Below, piece after piece: positions 37,824-46,329 of a DNA stretch of 64,000 bases. The translations under genes were made by a program, and so were the position numbers. How positions within the stretch are numbered: the stretch's first letter is position 1; each line of letters begins with the position of its first letter. Origin of the DNA: an uncultured Eubacteriales bacterium. GTDB taxonomy: Bacteria; Bacillota; Clostridia; Oscillospirales; Acutalibacteraceae. Location: the NCBI GenBank assembly GCA_934491515.1, contig CAKSTF010000001.1, forward strand, positions 60,861 to 124,860, written 5' to 3'. Below the pieces are notes generated by a model. It saw nothing but the letters and a program-made list of their open reading frames with translations. It was not told the DNA's origin and did not search any database.

Positions 37824-39125
37824 TTAATCGGGAAGTTTTTTGTTCTTCTTTTTGCGTTTTGCCGCAATTATTCCCGTAACGGCGGCAGCTGCCGCAACCG
37901 CGCCTGCGGCTGCACCTATCTTAATAAGTGTTGATTTTTGAAGCCCCGTCTTTCCGGAGTCTGCGGCGGTCCCGATTCCGGTGTTTTCAACGTTTTCGGA
38001 CGGTTTATCAATATTGTTTTCTTTAAGGAAGTTTACGATTTTATCGGCAAATTCCTGTTGCTCCGCAGCAGAGGGGTGACCTGCCGTTTGTGTGGCAAGC
38101 GCCGCGCTGCCCGAACCGCCGTAGGCATATCTGAAAGCATAAAAGTTCTTATCGTCCTTTAAATCGGTGCGTTTTGCAAGAAGCGCAGTATTGTAATGCT
38201 GTTCGTTTTTGCCGACCCATACGATAGGCACAGTATCGCCGTTCTTTTCACGCAGCATTTGCACAAAACCCGTAAGTTCTTCTTTCCACCTGGATTCATT
38301 TTTTGTATCGTCGTTGGCACCGAGTTCAAGAAGAATAAGGTCCGGTTTTCTTTCAAAAGAATACTTGTCCTCCTCCGTATCAGCAGCAGTAAATCCGTTT
38401 TTATAAGGATATACCTCCTGCATGGAAAGTTTTGTGCTTTCGGTTGCTTCCTGAGAGCCGGACGACACCTTATAAAGTCCGATACCGCCGCGCGCAACGA
38501 TTGAAAGGTCGGCGTCAAGCGCCTCTGCCGTGCGGTAAGCAAAGGAGGAAACGGCGGAATCCTCTTCGGGCTGTTTCCACACTTCACCCTGTTTATATGT
38601 GCCGAGCGCGCCGAGTCCGCAGGCTATGGAATCGCCCACAACTTCTATATACATATCTTTTTCTTCGGGCGCTTCAAGTACCTCGCCGTTAAAATCCATG
38701 CCTAAAATGTAAAGCACGCCTGTTTTGGATATCTGCGTATCCCTTACCACCTTTACGGTGTGTTCGCCGGCAGGCAGGTCAAACTGCAGTTTTGTGTTCT
38801 GTTGCGTTACGGGCTCGCCGCGGTCAAGCGGTTTTCCGTCCACAAACACGGCAAAATACACCTTTTCTTCGGAAGTAACTATATTTACCGCAAACTTTCC
38901 GCCTGCGGCGTTTACGCGCATTTCAAATCCGCATCCCGACCACGGAGCCGACATCATATTGCCGGAAATATCGCAGCGGCCGATAATCTTTATCTGTCCT
39001 TTTTCTTTAAGGGTGCCTATATCGTATTCCGAAAGTGCCTTAACGCTGAATTTCATACCGCCCGCAATATTTATTGCGGCAAGCGCAGCAGCGGCGGCGC
39101 AGGATAGTATTCTGGCAAGTTTCAT
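37824..39125 (-). CDS. SGNH/GDSL hydrolase (CE2-like esterase) with signal peptide and C-terminal TM anchor
   Basis: 433 aa. N-terminal beta-sandwich-like region, VGDSIACGLG (block I), LELGANDD (block III), and a GHPS near the end. The tail is IGAAAGAVAAAAAVTGIIAAKRKKKNKK. Confidence 0.8.
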   Translation of the reverse strand: MKLARILSCAAAAALAAINIAGGMKFSVKALSEYDIGTLKEKGQIKIIGRCDISGNMMSAPWSGCGFEMRVNAAGGKFAVNIVTSEEKVYFAVFVDGKPLDRGEPVTQQNTKLQFDLPAGEHTVKVVRDTQISKTGVLYILGMDFNGEVLEAPEEKDMYIEVVGDSIACGLGALGTYKQGEVWKQPEEDSAVSSFAYRTAEALDADLSIVARGGIGLYKVSSGSQEATESTKLSMQEVYPYKNGFTAADTEEDKYSFERKPDLILLELGANDDTKNESRWKEELTGFVQMLREKNGDTVPIVWVGKNEQHYNTALLAKRTDLKDDKNFYAFRYAYGGSGSAALATQTAGHPSAAEQQEFADKIVNFLKENNIDKPSENVENTGIGTAADSGKTGLQKSTLIKIGAAAGAVAAAAAVTGIIAAKRKKKNKKLPD

Positions 39126-39140
39126 AAAGATTTTCTCCTT

Positions 39141-39185
39141 TTAAAAAGATGGGGATATGCCTACACTATGATAGCACATCCCCAT
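39141..39185 (-). terminator. Candidate terminator after jag
   Basis: Stem ATGGGGAT/ATCCCCAT (39149-39185) with a 21-nt loop. On the minus strand it is followed by CTTTTTAAAA. Confidence 0.5.
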
Positions 39186-39202
39186 TACGAATACAATGAT
39201 AT

Positions 39203-40177
39203 TTATTTTATTTTGCCGTAAAGCGGAACGTCGCTGTCGGCCTTAGGTGCGCGCGTGGGAGCAGTCGCAACCGTGTTTGAAGGACGGCGTTCCCTGCCGC
39301 GACCCCTGTTCATACCGCCGCGGCGGTTATCGCCGTGGCCGCCTCTGCCGCCTCTTGAACGGTTATAGCGGTCAAACCTTACTTCGTTTACATCGCCGCC
39401 CTCAACAATAATAACAACCCTGCGGCAGGCACCTTCACCCACGGAGGAAGAGGTAACGCCCTCTATATCCTGAACCGCGGTGTGTATGATCCTGCGTTCA
39501 TAAGGATTCATCGGTTCAAGCGCCTTGCCCCTGCCGGTTTTAAGTACCTGTTCGGCAACGCGGTGTGCCAGCGATATAAGGGTGTCTTCCCTTCTTTCGC
39601 GATAATCACCGATATTAAGCGTAACCTTATAATAACCCTCGCTTGTGCGAGCCGAAAGGGACACCAAATGCTGCAGCGCGTCAAGCGTTTCACCGCGATG
39701 ACCGATTATTATTCCGAGGCCGTCGCCCTCAAGATATATAAGCGCGCCGTTTTCCTGTTCGGCAACCTTCATATCAACGTTTTCGCAGCCGAGTTTTGAA
39801 AGCACGTTTTTAAGATAATCTACAGCCTTTGCCGCACGGCTGCCGCTTTCAAGTTCCGCCGCGTCCACCGCGTTTTCCGGTGCGGCTTTTGCCTTTTCCG
39901 GCTCGCGCTGTTTTACCTGCTCTTTTACCTGTTCCTTTTTCTGCTCTTTTTTGGGCACCTTGCCCTTTGCCGTCTTTTTCGACCTGGCAGGTTCTTTGCG
40001 TTCAACGCTTACCTTTACCTCTGCCTTGCAGCCGCCGAAAATACCCATAACTTTCTTCTTGGGCATTGTTATTATATCTATCTGTATATCTTCATCATCA
40101 CGCACACCGAGTTTAAGTTTTGCGTCCTCAGTAGCCTCTTCCACGGTGTCGCCGTAGCCTATTTCTTCTTTTAACAA
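39203..40177 (-). CDS. jag: Jag/KhpB RNA-binding protein (Jag_N, KH, R3H) with Lys/Glu linker and Arg/Gly-rich tail
   Basis: 324 aa. TTG start after AGGAGGG. R3H motif (ERRIIHTAV). The tail is RSRGGRGGHGDNRRGGMNRGRGRERR. Confidence 0.88.
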   Translation of the reverse strand: MLKEEIGYGDTVEEATEDAKLKLGVRDDEDIQIDIITMPKKKVMGIFGGCKAEVKVSVERKEPARSKKTAKGKVPKKEQKKEQVKEQVKQREPEKAKAAPENAVDAAELESGSRAAKAVDYLKNVLSKLGCENVDMKVAEQENGALIYLEGDGLGIIIGHRGETLDALQHLVSLSARTSEGYYKVTLNIGDYRERREDTLISLAHRVAEQVLKTGRGKALEPMNPYERRIIHTAVQDIEGVTSSSVGEGACRRVVIIVEGGDVNEVRFDRYNRSRGGRGGHGDNRRGGMNRGRGRERRPSNTVATAPTRAPKADSDVPLYGKIK

Positions 40178-40196
40178 GGATTTTCCCTCCTGAAAA

Positions 40197-41249
40197 TTAG
40201 TTTTCTGTTTCGGTCTTTTCGCCGTCGAATTTCAAAAGCTGTTTTTCTTCAAATTCGCACTGTTTGCCGAGTTCCTTTTCGCGCTGACGGGCAAGAAGGC
40301 GCTGCGGGCCGTAAAATACCTGTACACCTGCCTGAATCGCGCCGCCTATAAGCGAAGAGCATATCCAGTAGAAGCACACGCCGCCGGGGAACGTGAAGCC
40401 GATGAACAACGAGATTATCGGCATAAAGAGCATCATACCCATCATCGACGGGGCTTCCGGATTGTTTATCTTGTTTATTTTTGCCGAAACAAGGCTCATA
40501 AGCATCTGCGCAAGAAAAGCGCCTATCGGCAAAAGCCAACCTGCCTCGAAGTGATGGAAAATGTCAATATTGAAAGAAGGTTTATTGGTAAGGTCAACAC
40601 CGAAAAGGGTGTAGTTTATACCTGCCTTTTTATCCTTTTCGCGCACTGCTTCAAGGTCGTCTTTTATCTTTTCGTATTCTTTTTCGTCAAGGATTTCTTC
40701 AATTATTCCGGTATCGTCGCGCACTACCTTGATAACGCCCAGCTGGTTGCCGGAATTTTTGGAAGAGGAGTTCCACGAGATTTTTTTTGCTATTTCCTCG
40801 TACTTATCGGCGTCCTTTTCCTTAAGTTCTTCCATACCTGCCGCCACGGCATTGGTAACGTTGTTTACTTTCGTCTTGTCCGCGCCAGACATATAGGTAA
40901 GCGGAGAAAGAATAAGCGAATATATCGCAAAAAGCAATACAAGGCGCACAAGCATAGGCAGACAGCCGCCCGCCATTGAAACGCCTTCTTTTTTGTAAAG
41001 TTCCTGCTGCGCCGCGGCAAATTTCTGCCTGTCGTCGCCGTAACGCTTTTTAAGTTCGTCAAGTTTGGGCTTTACGCGAAGCTGCGCTACCGTGGATTTC
41101 TGACTTTTGATAGTAAGCGGAATCAAAAGCAAGTCGATAAGCAGCGTAAAAGCAAAAACCGAAGCGGCAAAGTTACCGCCCAAAAATTCTGCAAGAAAAC
41201 GCATGATATAGCCCAGAGGAATATTTATAAAATTAAATAAACTACCCAT
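40197..41249 (-). CDS. yidC: YidC/Oxa1-family membrane insertase
   Basis: 350 aa with the conserved core (LLIPLTIKSQKS...GGCLPMLV...). It carries an acidic insertion of about 125 aa. Confidence 0.9.
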   Translation of the reverse strand: MGSLFNFINIPLGYIMRFLAEFLGGNFAASVFAFTLLIDLLLIPLTIKSQKSTVAQLRVKPKLDELKKRYGDDRQKFAAAQQELYKKEGVSMAGGCLPMLVRLVLLFAIYSLILSPLTYMSGADKTKVNNVTNAVAAGMEELKEKDADKYEEIAKKISWNSSSKNSGNQLGVIKVVRDDTGIIEEILDEKEYEKIKDDLEAVREKDKKAGINYTLFGVDLTNKPSFNIDIFHHFEAGWLLPIGAFLAQMLMSLVSAKINKINNPEAPSMMGMMLFMPIISLFIGFTFPGGVCFYWICSSLIGGAIQAGVQVFYGPQRLLARQREKELGKQCEFEEKQLLKFDGEKTETEN

Positions 41250-41327
41250 TTAAAGCACCCTGAAATTCTGTATATTTCTTACTTTACGCCCTGTTGCGGC
41301 GTTCATTTTCGTTTTGTAGGTTTCCCG

Positions 41328-41561
41328 TTATTTTTTTGGCGGTACGGGATCGTAGCCGCCTTTGCAGAACGGATTGCAGCGAAGTATTCTGTAAATTGAA
41401 AGCAATCCGCCCTTTATCGCCCCGTGAGTGCCGATAGCCTCAAGCGCGTAGGCGCTGCAGGTAGGAGTAAAACGGCAGCTCGGTATTTTAGCAGGGGATA
41501 TGTTTTTTCTGTAAAATCTTATCGCACGCATAAGCAGGCGTGCCGCAATACTTTGTTTCAT
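41328..41561 (-). CDS. yidD: Membrane protein insertion efficiency factor YidD
   Basis: 77 aa with [11 protein letters not shown]. Confidence 0.92.
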   Translation of the reverse strand: MKQSIAARLLMRAIRFYRKNISPAKIPSCRFTPTCSAYALEAIGTHGAIKGGLLSIYRILRCNPFCKGGYDPVPPKK

Positions 41562-41893
41562 AACCCGAATGCGGCCTGTTCCGTAATGCCGCGAAGCGCC
41601 GCCGAGACCGCGGTGCTTTTAACCGAAAGTATTTTGGTTCTTGCCACAAAAACGTAATCGTATCCCGCGTTTAAAAACGCAAGATTTTCCGAAAACGCCG
41701 CCGTTATAAGGCGCTTTGCCCTATTCCTTTTAACGGCATTTCCGAATTTGCGACTTACTGTTATTCCCATACGCACGCGGCCCTTTCTGCCCTTTACGGT
41801 ATAAAGCACAAAGTAGGGCGTTACCGCAACAGCGCCCTTGTTGTACGCACGGCGAAACTCGTAATTTTGCTTTAGTTTTTCAAAGCTGTTCAT
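41558..41893 (-). CDS. rnpA: RNase P protein component
   Basis: Start [15 protein letters not shown] at ATG 41893. RNR motif [10 protein letters not shown]. Overlaps yidD by 4 nt. Confidence 0.88.
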   Translation of the reverse strand: MNSFEKLKQNYEFRRAYNKGAVAVTPYFVLYTVKGRKGRVRMGITVSRKFGNAVKRNRAKRLITAAFSENLAFLNAGYDYVFVARTKILSVKSTAVSAALRGITEQAAFGL

Positions 41894-41959
41894 TGTTTGT
41901 CCACCCGAAAAGCCACGCGGCCCTATAAAAGGAAAAGCCACCGAAAGCGTGGCTTTTTA

Positions 41960-42094
41960 TCAGTAGGTCAACTGTTTTCTTCCCTTTGATCTGCGACGGG
42001 CAAGTACCTTGCGACCGTTAGCCGTAGCCATTCTCTTGCGGAAACCGTGTTCCTTTTTACGGTGTATCTTCTTAGGCTGATAGGTTCTTTTCAC
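41960..42094 (-). CDS. rpmH: 50S ribosomal protein L34 (44 aa; absent from the ORF track)
   Basis: The reverse complement reads (GTG)[58 protein letters not shown] lies upstream. Confidence 0.93.
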   Translation of the reverse strand: MKRTYQPKKIHRKKEHGFRKRMATANGRKVLARRRSKGRKQLTY

Positions 42095-42243
42095 TGTATT
42101 TTCCTCCCTTTCAGAAATTGCCGGCAACGCGGGAGTGCGAATATATGCGGCGCTTTCTCCCTTATAGCCTTTACAGTATGAGATTATACCGCAAAAACAC
42201 CCGCCGTGTCAATAAAAATATTGTCCGCACCGTAAATTTTTCC

Positions 42244-42272
42244 TTGATTTTGCCGCCGCAGTGTGATAATAT
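42244..42272 (+). promoter_or_regulatory. Sigma-A-type promoter for tRNA-Ala
   Basis: TTGATT (42244-42249), 17-nt spacer, TGaTAATAT extended -10 (42264-42272). It lies about 12 nt upstream of the tRNA 5' end. Confidence 0.5.
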
Positions 42273-42283
42273 ACTTTTTGCAC

Positions 42284-42359
42284 GGGGGTGTAGCTCACCT
42301 GGGAGAGCGTCTGAATGGCATTCAGAAGGTAGTCGGTTCGATCCCGATCATCTCCACCA
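42284..42359 (+). tRNA. tRNA-Ala (GGC)
   Basis: GGGGGTGTAGCTCACCTGGGAGAGCGTCTGAATGGCATTCAGAAGGTAGTCGGTTCGATCCCGATCATCTCCACCA. It has the G3:U70 Ala identity pair, anticodon loop ATGGCAT and an encoded CCA. Confidence 0.92.
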
Positions 42360-42363
42360 AAAA

Positions 42364-42393
42364 CAGCCTGTCTTTTGACAGGCTGCTTTTTTT
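42364..42393. terminator. Intrinsic terminator (tRNA-Ala; possibly also the convergent 778-aa gene)
   Basis: Stem CAGCCTGTC/GACAGGCTG, loop TTTT, followed by CTTTTTTT. An AAAA run lies on the other side. Confidence 0.8.
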
Positions 42394-42438
42394 ATGCCTT
42401 AAAACCGTGAATCTTTATTTGTACGGTCTTTAAGCCTT

Positions 42439-44775
42439 TTACCTGCTTACGCAGATATCAAAGTAGTTTAATTCCAGGCCGGTGCTCATATCAACACATA
42501 CGATATCTTCTTCGGGCATTCCGAGAGAATCGGTATATTCAATGTGCATTATTCTTACGGGGATAATATCGGTTCCGTTTTTAATGTACATTTCCTCTTC
42601 TCTGGTATGAAGATTTTCTTTGCCCTCGTATCTGTTCATAATGTTTTCGCGCTCGGCGGTGATAAACTGTTTCGACTGGGCGGTCTTTACGTCCGCCGTG
42701 CTGAAGGTTTCCTTCGATTTGAGTATAAGATCCCAATCCTTGTAAACGTCGTAATAGTCGTTTGTGCGCATTCCGTTTACGGTTTTGTAGTATCTTACGC
42801 AATATTCGTTAAGGTTTACTGCCTCGTAATCATTGGTGGAAGACGCCATTGCTTTTTCAAATTTCGCGGCGGTCGCATTGCCTGCGGACGCCTTGGTATT
42901 GAGTTGTACGTTGTTTATGGCAGTAGTGGTATCACCGAATATCTTCCAGTTATGGATAGCGTTTGTATCGGCATAACTTAAAGACGCGGTAGCAGCCGCA
43001 GTGCGGATATTCGCCGACTGTGCAAGGAAACCGAAAAGGCTGTCCGTCCAGGGCTTGGAGGTATCGAAGTAAATTGTGCTTGTCCAACCGAGAGACGCCT
43101 TTGCGCCCTTATTTACCGCCGATTCGGCTATGGAGGTGGAAGTTCCGGTGTAAGCGGAGTAGCATGCCGACCATACCGCAAGTTTTGTATTCTTCATAGA
43201 GGGCAGTTCGCTGCCGTTTACGGTGTGACCGCCGGTAAGAAGGATCCTGCCGAAAGTATCGCCGTGACCCGCAAAGAAAACAACCTCGTTCGAGAAGAAT
43301 CCGCCGCTGCCGCAAAGCGCGTCAAAGGACGGGTTTATTCTGTTTATCGGGGTGTAATCCATCTGGGTAAGTTTTGAATTGGGAACTTCTGCCGCGCTTG
43401 TAAGGTCTTTAAGCGATTCGGAAGTATCGGAACTTGAATAACGCATTGTAATAATGCTGCCTTTTTGCGCGCGAACGGTTATTGTAAAGGGATAATTTCC
43501 GCTTAAATTGCTTGCGTGCCGCACGGTGATCGTGGCGGTAACGCCTGAAGTCTGCCTGAATCCTATCGAACTGTTTGTTCCGTCGCCGCTGTCGTCGTCG
43601 GTATATGTAAGGGTGTTTCCGAGATAGGAACTTGTCACCGTCATATAAGTATCGGTAGAGCCGGAGGTTTCAACCGCATAAAGTCCCGTATAGGTAGGCG
43701 TAAAGTAGAAGGTGCTGCTGCCGGAAGTAAGATTGCCGGAAGCCGGACTGTTAAGCGAAAGCGTGCTGCCCGAAGAACTGCCGCCGCCGTTTGTATAATA
43801 CTTGGGACAGTTTGTAAGACCCGGATTATCGCCGTTTGCGCCTATGCCGTAAGCATATACCTTATATGTGCCTGCCGCATAATCCTCCCAGTTTACGGAC
43901 ATTGCAAATCCGTGGCATCCGTTGCCTATGCCTGCATTAAGAAGGTCTGCGCGGTAAACATCCGCCGAAACGCTTGTAATGGTCTGCGCCTGGGTTTCGG
44001 TGTTGATTATATAAACGTGTACGGCTATGGGTTCGTTAGGCATATCGCTGCGCCACGCCCAACCGCTTATTGTGGTGGAGGTAACGTCGTCAAGGAATCC
44101 GTGGGGCGATGCTGCCGTACCGCCGGAAGAACCGCCGCCGACAGGTTCAAAATACCAAAGCTGGTTTTGTGCACCTTCATAAACGGTTATATGTACGTTT
44201 CCGGGAGAATCATACGCCGTACCACCCGAGGTTCCGTTAGCCGTGCCGCGTGTGGTTATAACAAGTTCGGGCGCGGCTTTCATACCTATATAATACATTC
44301 CGCCGCTTACGGGAACTATGTTCATCTGCTGCGCCGTTGCGTCAACCTCGGTCCATATATCCACGTTCTGACCGGGCGCCAAAGGCGCGCCGTCGCGTAC
44401 TACGTCAAGAACGCGGTTTGTGCCCGAAGAACTGCACATGGCGTAAATTTTGTAGCAGTCGGTTGAAGAATTGTAAACAACCTTAAACTTCTGCTCGGTA
44501 CTGCCGTCGGCGTCCCACTGGTAAACGTTTGTACCGTTCGCGTCAACGCCGTAGTGAACGTTGATATATTTGCCGCTGTATGCGCTTTTAATGTTGTATA
44601 TCCCGCCGCTGGTTATGCCGCTTGCGGCCGATTGGGGTTGTGCCGTTTCTTCCGAAGCGGATACATCGGTAACCTTCTTTACCTCTGCTGCATCGGATAC
44701 CGCCGACGCAGAAAACGCAAATGAAAACATCAGCGCCGCTGCCGCTATTACGGAAATCAATTTTTTAAATTTCAT
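42439..44775 (-). CDS. Secreted multidomain protein: ricin-type beta-trefoil lectin, beta-sandwich, PPC-like domain, caspase-fold (clan CD/CHAT-like) His-Cys module, C-terminal domain
   Basis: 778 aa. Signal peptide MKFKKLISVIAAAALMFSFAFSASA. QxW-like repeats (YQW, DIW, QLW). VVFFAGHGD and LAVWSACYS lie about 37 aa apart. RBS AAGGAGGAG. Confidence 0.78.
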   Translation of the reverse strand: MKFKKLISVIAAAALMFSFAFSASAVSDAAEVKKVTDVSASEETAQPQSAASGITSGGIYNIKSAYSGKYINVHYGVDANGTNVYQWDADGSTEQKFKVVYNSSTDCYKIYAMCSSSGTNRVLDVVRDGAPLAPGQNVDIWTEVDATAQQMNIVPVSGGMYYIGMKAAPELVITTRGTANGTSGGTAYDSPGNVHITVYEGAQNQLWYFEPVGGGSSGGTAASPHGFLDDVTSTTISGWAWRSDMPNEPIAVHVYIINTETQAQTITSVSADVYRADLLNAGIGNGCHGFAMSVNWEDYAAGTYKVYAYGIGANGDNPGLTNCPKYYTNGGGSSSGSTLSLNSPASGNLTSGSSTFYFTPTYTGLYAVETSGSTDTYMTVTSSYLGNTLTYTDDDSGDGTNSSIGFRQTSGVTATITVRHASNLSGNYPFTITVRAQKGSIITMRYSSSDTSESLKDLTSAAEVPNSKLTQMDYTPINRINPSFDALCGSGGFFSNEVVFFAGHGDTFGRILLTGGHTVNGSELPSMKNTKLAVWSACYSAYTGTSTSIAESAVNKGAKASLGWTSTIYFDTSKPWTDSLFGFLAQSANIRTAAATASLSYADTNAIHNWKIFGDTTTAINNVQLNTKASAGNATAAKFEKAMASSTNDYEAVNLNEYCVRYYKTVNGMRTNDYYDVYKDWDLILKSKETFSTADVKTAQSKQFITAERENIMNRYEGKENLHTREEEMYIKNGTDIIPVRIMHIEYTDSLGMPEEDIVCVDMSTGLELNYFDICVSR

Positions 44776-45087
44776 TTTTTACTCCTCCTTTATATTTTAG
44801 TAATCCCGTTTCCTTTTTATTTTTTTGCCGCCTAATATATTGCCGCGGCGGCGAAAAAATGAGGTAAATTTATCATCGGAACCACGCCCCTTTCTCCTTT
44901 GTCGACTAAACAATAACATTTATTTACAATGTATGTCAATTGGGAAAACAACTGATTTATTTTTGTTCAATTTGTACAAGCCTACAATCTTATCGCAAAA
45001 AAATATTTTTTGTTTCTTTCTTCGACAAAATATGACAAATAAAGTAATTGTGTATAAAAGTTTTTATACTGTTACTGATATTTTTAG

Positions 45088-45116
45088 TTGATTTTTTATT
45101 CACTTTCGTATATACT
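45088..45116 (+). promoter_or_regulatory. Sigma-A-type promoter
   Basis: TTGATT (45088-45093), 17-nt spacer, TATACT (45111-45116). Confidence 0.45.
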
Positions 45117-45122
45117 AGATTT

Positions 45123-45301
45123 AGTGGGAGCTTTCTCTCGTAGGGCAGACGGTAACCCAGGTTCCGCCTGCCGTCCTGACAAGAGCCGCCGCAGTTGCCG
45201 TTTATGGCGGGGCTTTAGCCGGGGCAAGGCCTTGCATCCGGAATATTGATACGGATTTTTCCAAACGGCGAAAACCGACGCTTTTAAAGCGCCTTTTTCG
45301 C
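45123..45301 (+). promoter_or_regulatory. GC-rich structured 5' leader (unclassified cis-regulatory RNA candidate)
   Basis: Several helices can be drawn by hand: 45144-45152/45164-45172, 45186-45190/45206-45210, and 45219-45241. The last competes with 45236-45240/45252-45256, which is followed by TTTTT. A further helix is 45268-45301. This segment sits inside an otherwise AT-rich 590-nt intergenic region. Confidence 0.35.
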
Positions 45302-45365
45302 TGTACCCCGATTGTATTGGTTTCCCGATGCATATAATAATGTAATTATTAAGAGGTGAGGAAAA

Positions 45366-46262
45366 ATGCGTAAAACAGTATTCAAAACATTATTTGTTAC
45401 TCTGCTTGCGATCGTTGTCCTGATTTCGGCGGTAGTTGCCGTTCATACGATTTCCGCAGCGGTTACCTTTACGGGCGCCGCACCCACGCAGATTATGCAA
45501 AAGAACGCGCAGGGTCCCGACCTTGTGTGGAAATCCGACAAATATACAATCTATTCACCGGGCGACACATATCAGTCGGTCACATTTACTTCTTATATTA
45601 AGGCGCTTTTTTCTTCCGCCGTTTCAAAACCCGTAAAGGCTGCCGATTGTGAAGAGATAGGCACGGGGAAATTTACCGGCAAAGCGTTTTACTTTAAAAA
45701 TTCCGATGGCACGGAAAAAACAAACCTTGCCGCCCGCGCCGAAATGCAGATAAAACGTTTGGCGCACCGTATCGCGACGCCCGGCGTTCAGATCGGTATG
45801 CCGATAAATCCGCTTGAAAAGGCAGAGGGCGCCGTTAAGGTAAAAATGCCCGTAAGGATAATCATTGTGCTTGTTCTGCTGGCAGCCGTATTTACCGTTC
45901 CGGCGGTTCTGGCGGTGCGCCGTAAAAAGGCGGGACTTTGCAAACCGATAAAAAAATGGGTAAAGATAACCCTTATATCGGTATCGGCGGTTATTGTGGC
46001 GGCTGCAACAGGCGGCAGTATAGCGTATAACTATTTTTTAGGCGACCTGCCTTACGAAGTTGTGCAGGAATACCCCTCCGGCAAGATTTGCAGCACTATG
46101 TACAAGGCGGATAAATATGTAATAGTAAAGTGGAACAAAACAGCCGACGGCGGTCAATACGAAAAAACGCGCGTTTATTATACAGACGGCGACAAGGCCG
46201 ATTTTGATACCCTTTGGGAAAAAGAGACCGAAACTTCGGCATATAAAAAATTTGCAAAATAA
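45366..46262 (+). CDS. Hypothetical membrane protein (3 TM, internally duplicated ectodomain)
   Basis: 298 aa with RBS AAGAGGTGAGG. The motif K-[SA]-DKY-x-I recurs after TM1 and after TM3. Confidence 0.62.
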   Translation: MRKTVFKTLFVTLLAIVVLISAVVAVHTISAAVTFTGAAPTQIMQKNAQGPDLVWKSDKYTIYSPGDTYQSVTFTSYIKALFSSAVSKPVKAADCEEIGTGKFTGKAFYFKNSDGTEKTNLAARAEMQIKRLAHRIATPGVQIGMPINPLEKAEGAVKVKMPVRIIIVLVLLAAVFTVPAVLAVRRKKAGLCKPIKKWVKITLISVSAVIVAAATGGSIAYNYFLGDLPYEVVQEYPSGKICSTMYKADKYVIVKWNKTADGGQYEKTRVYYTDGDKADFDTLWEKETETSAYKKFAK

Positions 46263-46275
46263 ACAGATAACAGAA

Positions 46276-46310
46276 AGCGCACGGTGTTGTACCGTGCGCT
46301 TTTTCTTTTT
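46276..46310 (+). terminator. Intrinsic terminator
   Basis: Stem AGCGCACGGT/ACCGTGCGCT, loop GTTGT, followed by TTTTTCTTTTT. Confidence 0.75.
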
Positions 46311-46329
46311 AAAGCAATTTATAAGGATA

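Noticed and set aside
45140-45235. Possible ykkC/guanidine-I-family riboswitch in the GC-rich leader. The strings TAGGG..., GTCC..GA..GAG and GGCGGGG-TTTA-GCCGGGG loosely recall the consensus.
   Set aside because: Key conserved nucleotides differ. The would-be P3 hairpin forms only 3 bp. The downstream gene is not a typical guanidine-regulon member. I have left it as an unclassified leader pending cmscan.
42284-45365. A genomic island integrated at tRNA-Ala.
   Set aside because: I found no integrase or recombinase. I could not find a direct repeat of the tRNA 3' end downstream. Only one cargo gene lies next to the tRNA.
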